Source: an uncultured Gammaproteobacteria bacterium (GTDB taxonomy: Bacteria; Pseudomonadota; Gammaproteobacteria; Steroidobacterales; Steroidobacteraceae). From it: a stretch of 64,000 nt of DNA. The DNA is taken from NCBI GenBank assembly GCA_963774475.1, contig CAVZFF010000006.1:667971-731970 (forward strand), given 5' to 3'. The position numbers and the translations under genes are program-made. The notes below the pieces were generated by a model. The model was not told where the DNA came from, made no database searches, and worked only from the letters and a program-made list of their open reading frames with translations. Positions 63,087-64,000 of this stretch are shown here, one piece after another (position 1 is the stretch's first letter; each line of letters opens with the position of its first letter).

Positions 63087-64000
63087 AGTCCGCGCGGATC
63101 GTTGGCTTGATCGCGACAGGTGCATGCGGCGTTGTGCTGGTCGCATCAGGCCTTCGTGCCGGGGATGACACCGGCACCGACATGGGGCCCTCGCGGGCAT
63201 TGGTGGTGCAATGGGAGCAATATCAAGTTGATGCACCAAAAACAATCATCGAGTTGCAGCCATTCAGGCAAATACAAGTCGCAGAGTTCGAAATGGCGGG
63301 CGATTGGGGAACGGCGACCCTCGTCAATCTGAATCCCCGGATCAATGCGTGGTTTCTCCTGACGTTGTGGTGGCCGGGCATTGAAAAGCCGGTTTCGTAT
63401 CATCTGGAGAATCCTCTGCCGAAAACCCAGACGCTGGCGCTCGGCGAAATCCATCCCTACGGAATTCGGATATCGGCCGACGGCCGGGAAGTGGACTGCG
63501 AACTTTGGCGGAGCGGGCAGACGACGTTACTGCGGCAAGCGCAGCTTTCGGATCTGCCTTACGCGCCGCTATGCGACCATCGGCTCTATTTGCGCAATCC
63601 GGTTCCGGGCGCCTATACGCACCTCGAGCGAGTCACGAATTTCTTGAGAGACCACGTCTGGGGCGGTGAGCGGATCGTCGGCTTCGTGCGCAAACAATTC
63701 TTCAGGGATGCCTTCCTCGAAAAGGATGAGGGGGCCCCGGCGTCGCGTGCGCCGGAAATCCCCACCGCACCGCCGAACGGGCCGCTCCCGGCGCTGCTCA
63801 GTGAGGCGTACGCCGCGCGGTCCGTTGTGCCGGAGCATCTCGAGATCGACATCGGCCAGGGTTCGGGCGCAATCGTCATGGGCAAGTGGTATGCGGTCCG
63901 TGATGCCGCGGGCATATTCGTGAGCGCAATCGAGCCGCAAGCGATCGCCGCCTCGAACTCGCGCGGCGCCAAAAATCCGGTGGGCGACGTCGATGCGGTC
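63083..64000 (+). CDS. Large hypothetical protein, 3' end outside window (not in the ORF track)
   Basis: Hand translation is open for all 306 codons from ATG 63083 (ATGA overlap with the preceding stop). N-terminal signal/anchor MKSARIVGLIATGACGVVLVASG. No family recognised. Confidence 0.7.
   Translation, partial: MKSARIVGLIATGACGVVLVASGLRAGDDTGTDMGPSRALVVQWEQYQVDAPKTIIELQPFRQIQVAEFEMAGDWGTATLVNLNPRINAWFLLTLWWPGIEKPVSYHLENPLPKTQTLALGEIHPYGIRISADGREVDCELWRSGQTTLLRQAQLSDLPYAPLCDHRLYLRNPVPGAYTHLERVTNFLRDHVWGGERIVGFVRKQFFRDAFLEKDEGAPASRAPEIPTAPPNGPLPALLSEAYAARSVVPEHLEIDIGQGSGAIVMGKWYAVRDAAGIFVSAIEPQAIAASNSRGAKNPVGDVDAV

Noticed and set aside
57250-64000. Genomic island or mobile element explaining the AT-richer right end
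   Set aside because: I could see no integrase, transposase, tRNA attachment site, or direct or inverted terminal repeats. The compositional shift was judged by eye only, so no island call is made.

Overview
High-GC proteobacterial chromosomal segment; GC content was judged by eye, not computed. Gene order looks gammaproteobacterial (Pseudomonas/Xanthomonas-like synteny). About 57 kb is core housekeeping. In order it holds: the tail of a TTQ amine-dehydrogenase cluster (mauE-mauD-mauA plus two cytochromes c), lpxL, an RRM RNA-binding protein, rimP-nusA-infB-rbfA-truB-rpsO-pnp, phaR, queF-dksA-gluQ, smc-zipA-ligA, a ppiC-type PPIase with bolA-like and yciB genes, a yciO-like gene, M50 protease-trpS-scpA-scpB-rluB, a yciK-like SDR, rmuC, a HAD phosphatase with ubiG divergent from gyrA-serC-pheA-aroA-cmk-rpsA-ihfB, galU and rhlE. 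The right-hand third is more accessory: a decayed S9 peptidase pseudogene, an aminotransferase-cupin pair, an OYE reductase, an M23 peptidase, malate synthase G, two MFS transporters, a TfoX-N protein and an FAH-family enzyme. It ends in a visibly more AT-rich stretch (about 57.3-64 kb) of small or secreted proteins of unknown function. The best candidate for an undescribed system is at 60.6-64 kb: an SDR epimerase, a HAD::UbiA-prenyltransferase fusion and a large open-ended unknown ORF. I interpret this as a compact polyprenyl-phosphate-linked pentose donor pathway, which is inference only. Other notable points: a DksA with a ~120-aa Lys/Pro/Ala-rich N-terminal extension and a degenerate Zn finger; a gluQ with no canonical start codon downstream of dksA; tandem terminators in the rimP-nusA leader; a TrpRS with a 4-Cys Fe-S-type motif; and in-frame tandem repeats in gyrA and rluB. 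I saw no rRNA, tRNA, CRISPR array, transposase or integrase by eye. All family assignments come from motif and sequence recognition, not database searches. Many long track ORFs are antisense shadow ORFs typical of high-GC DNA and were not called.
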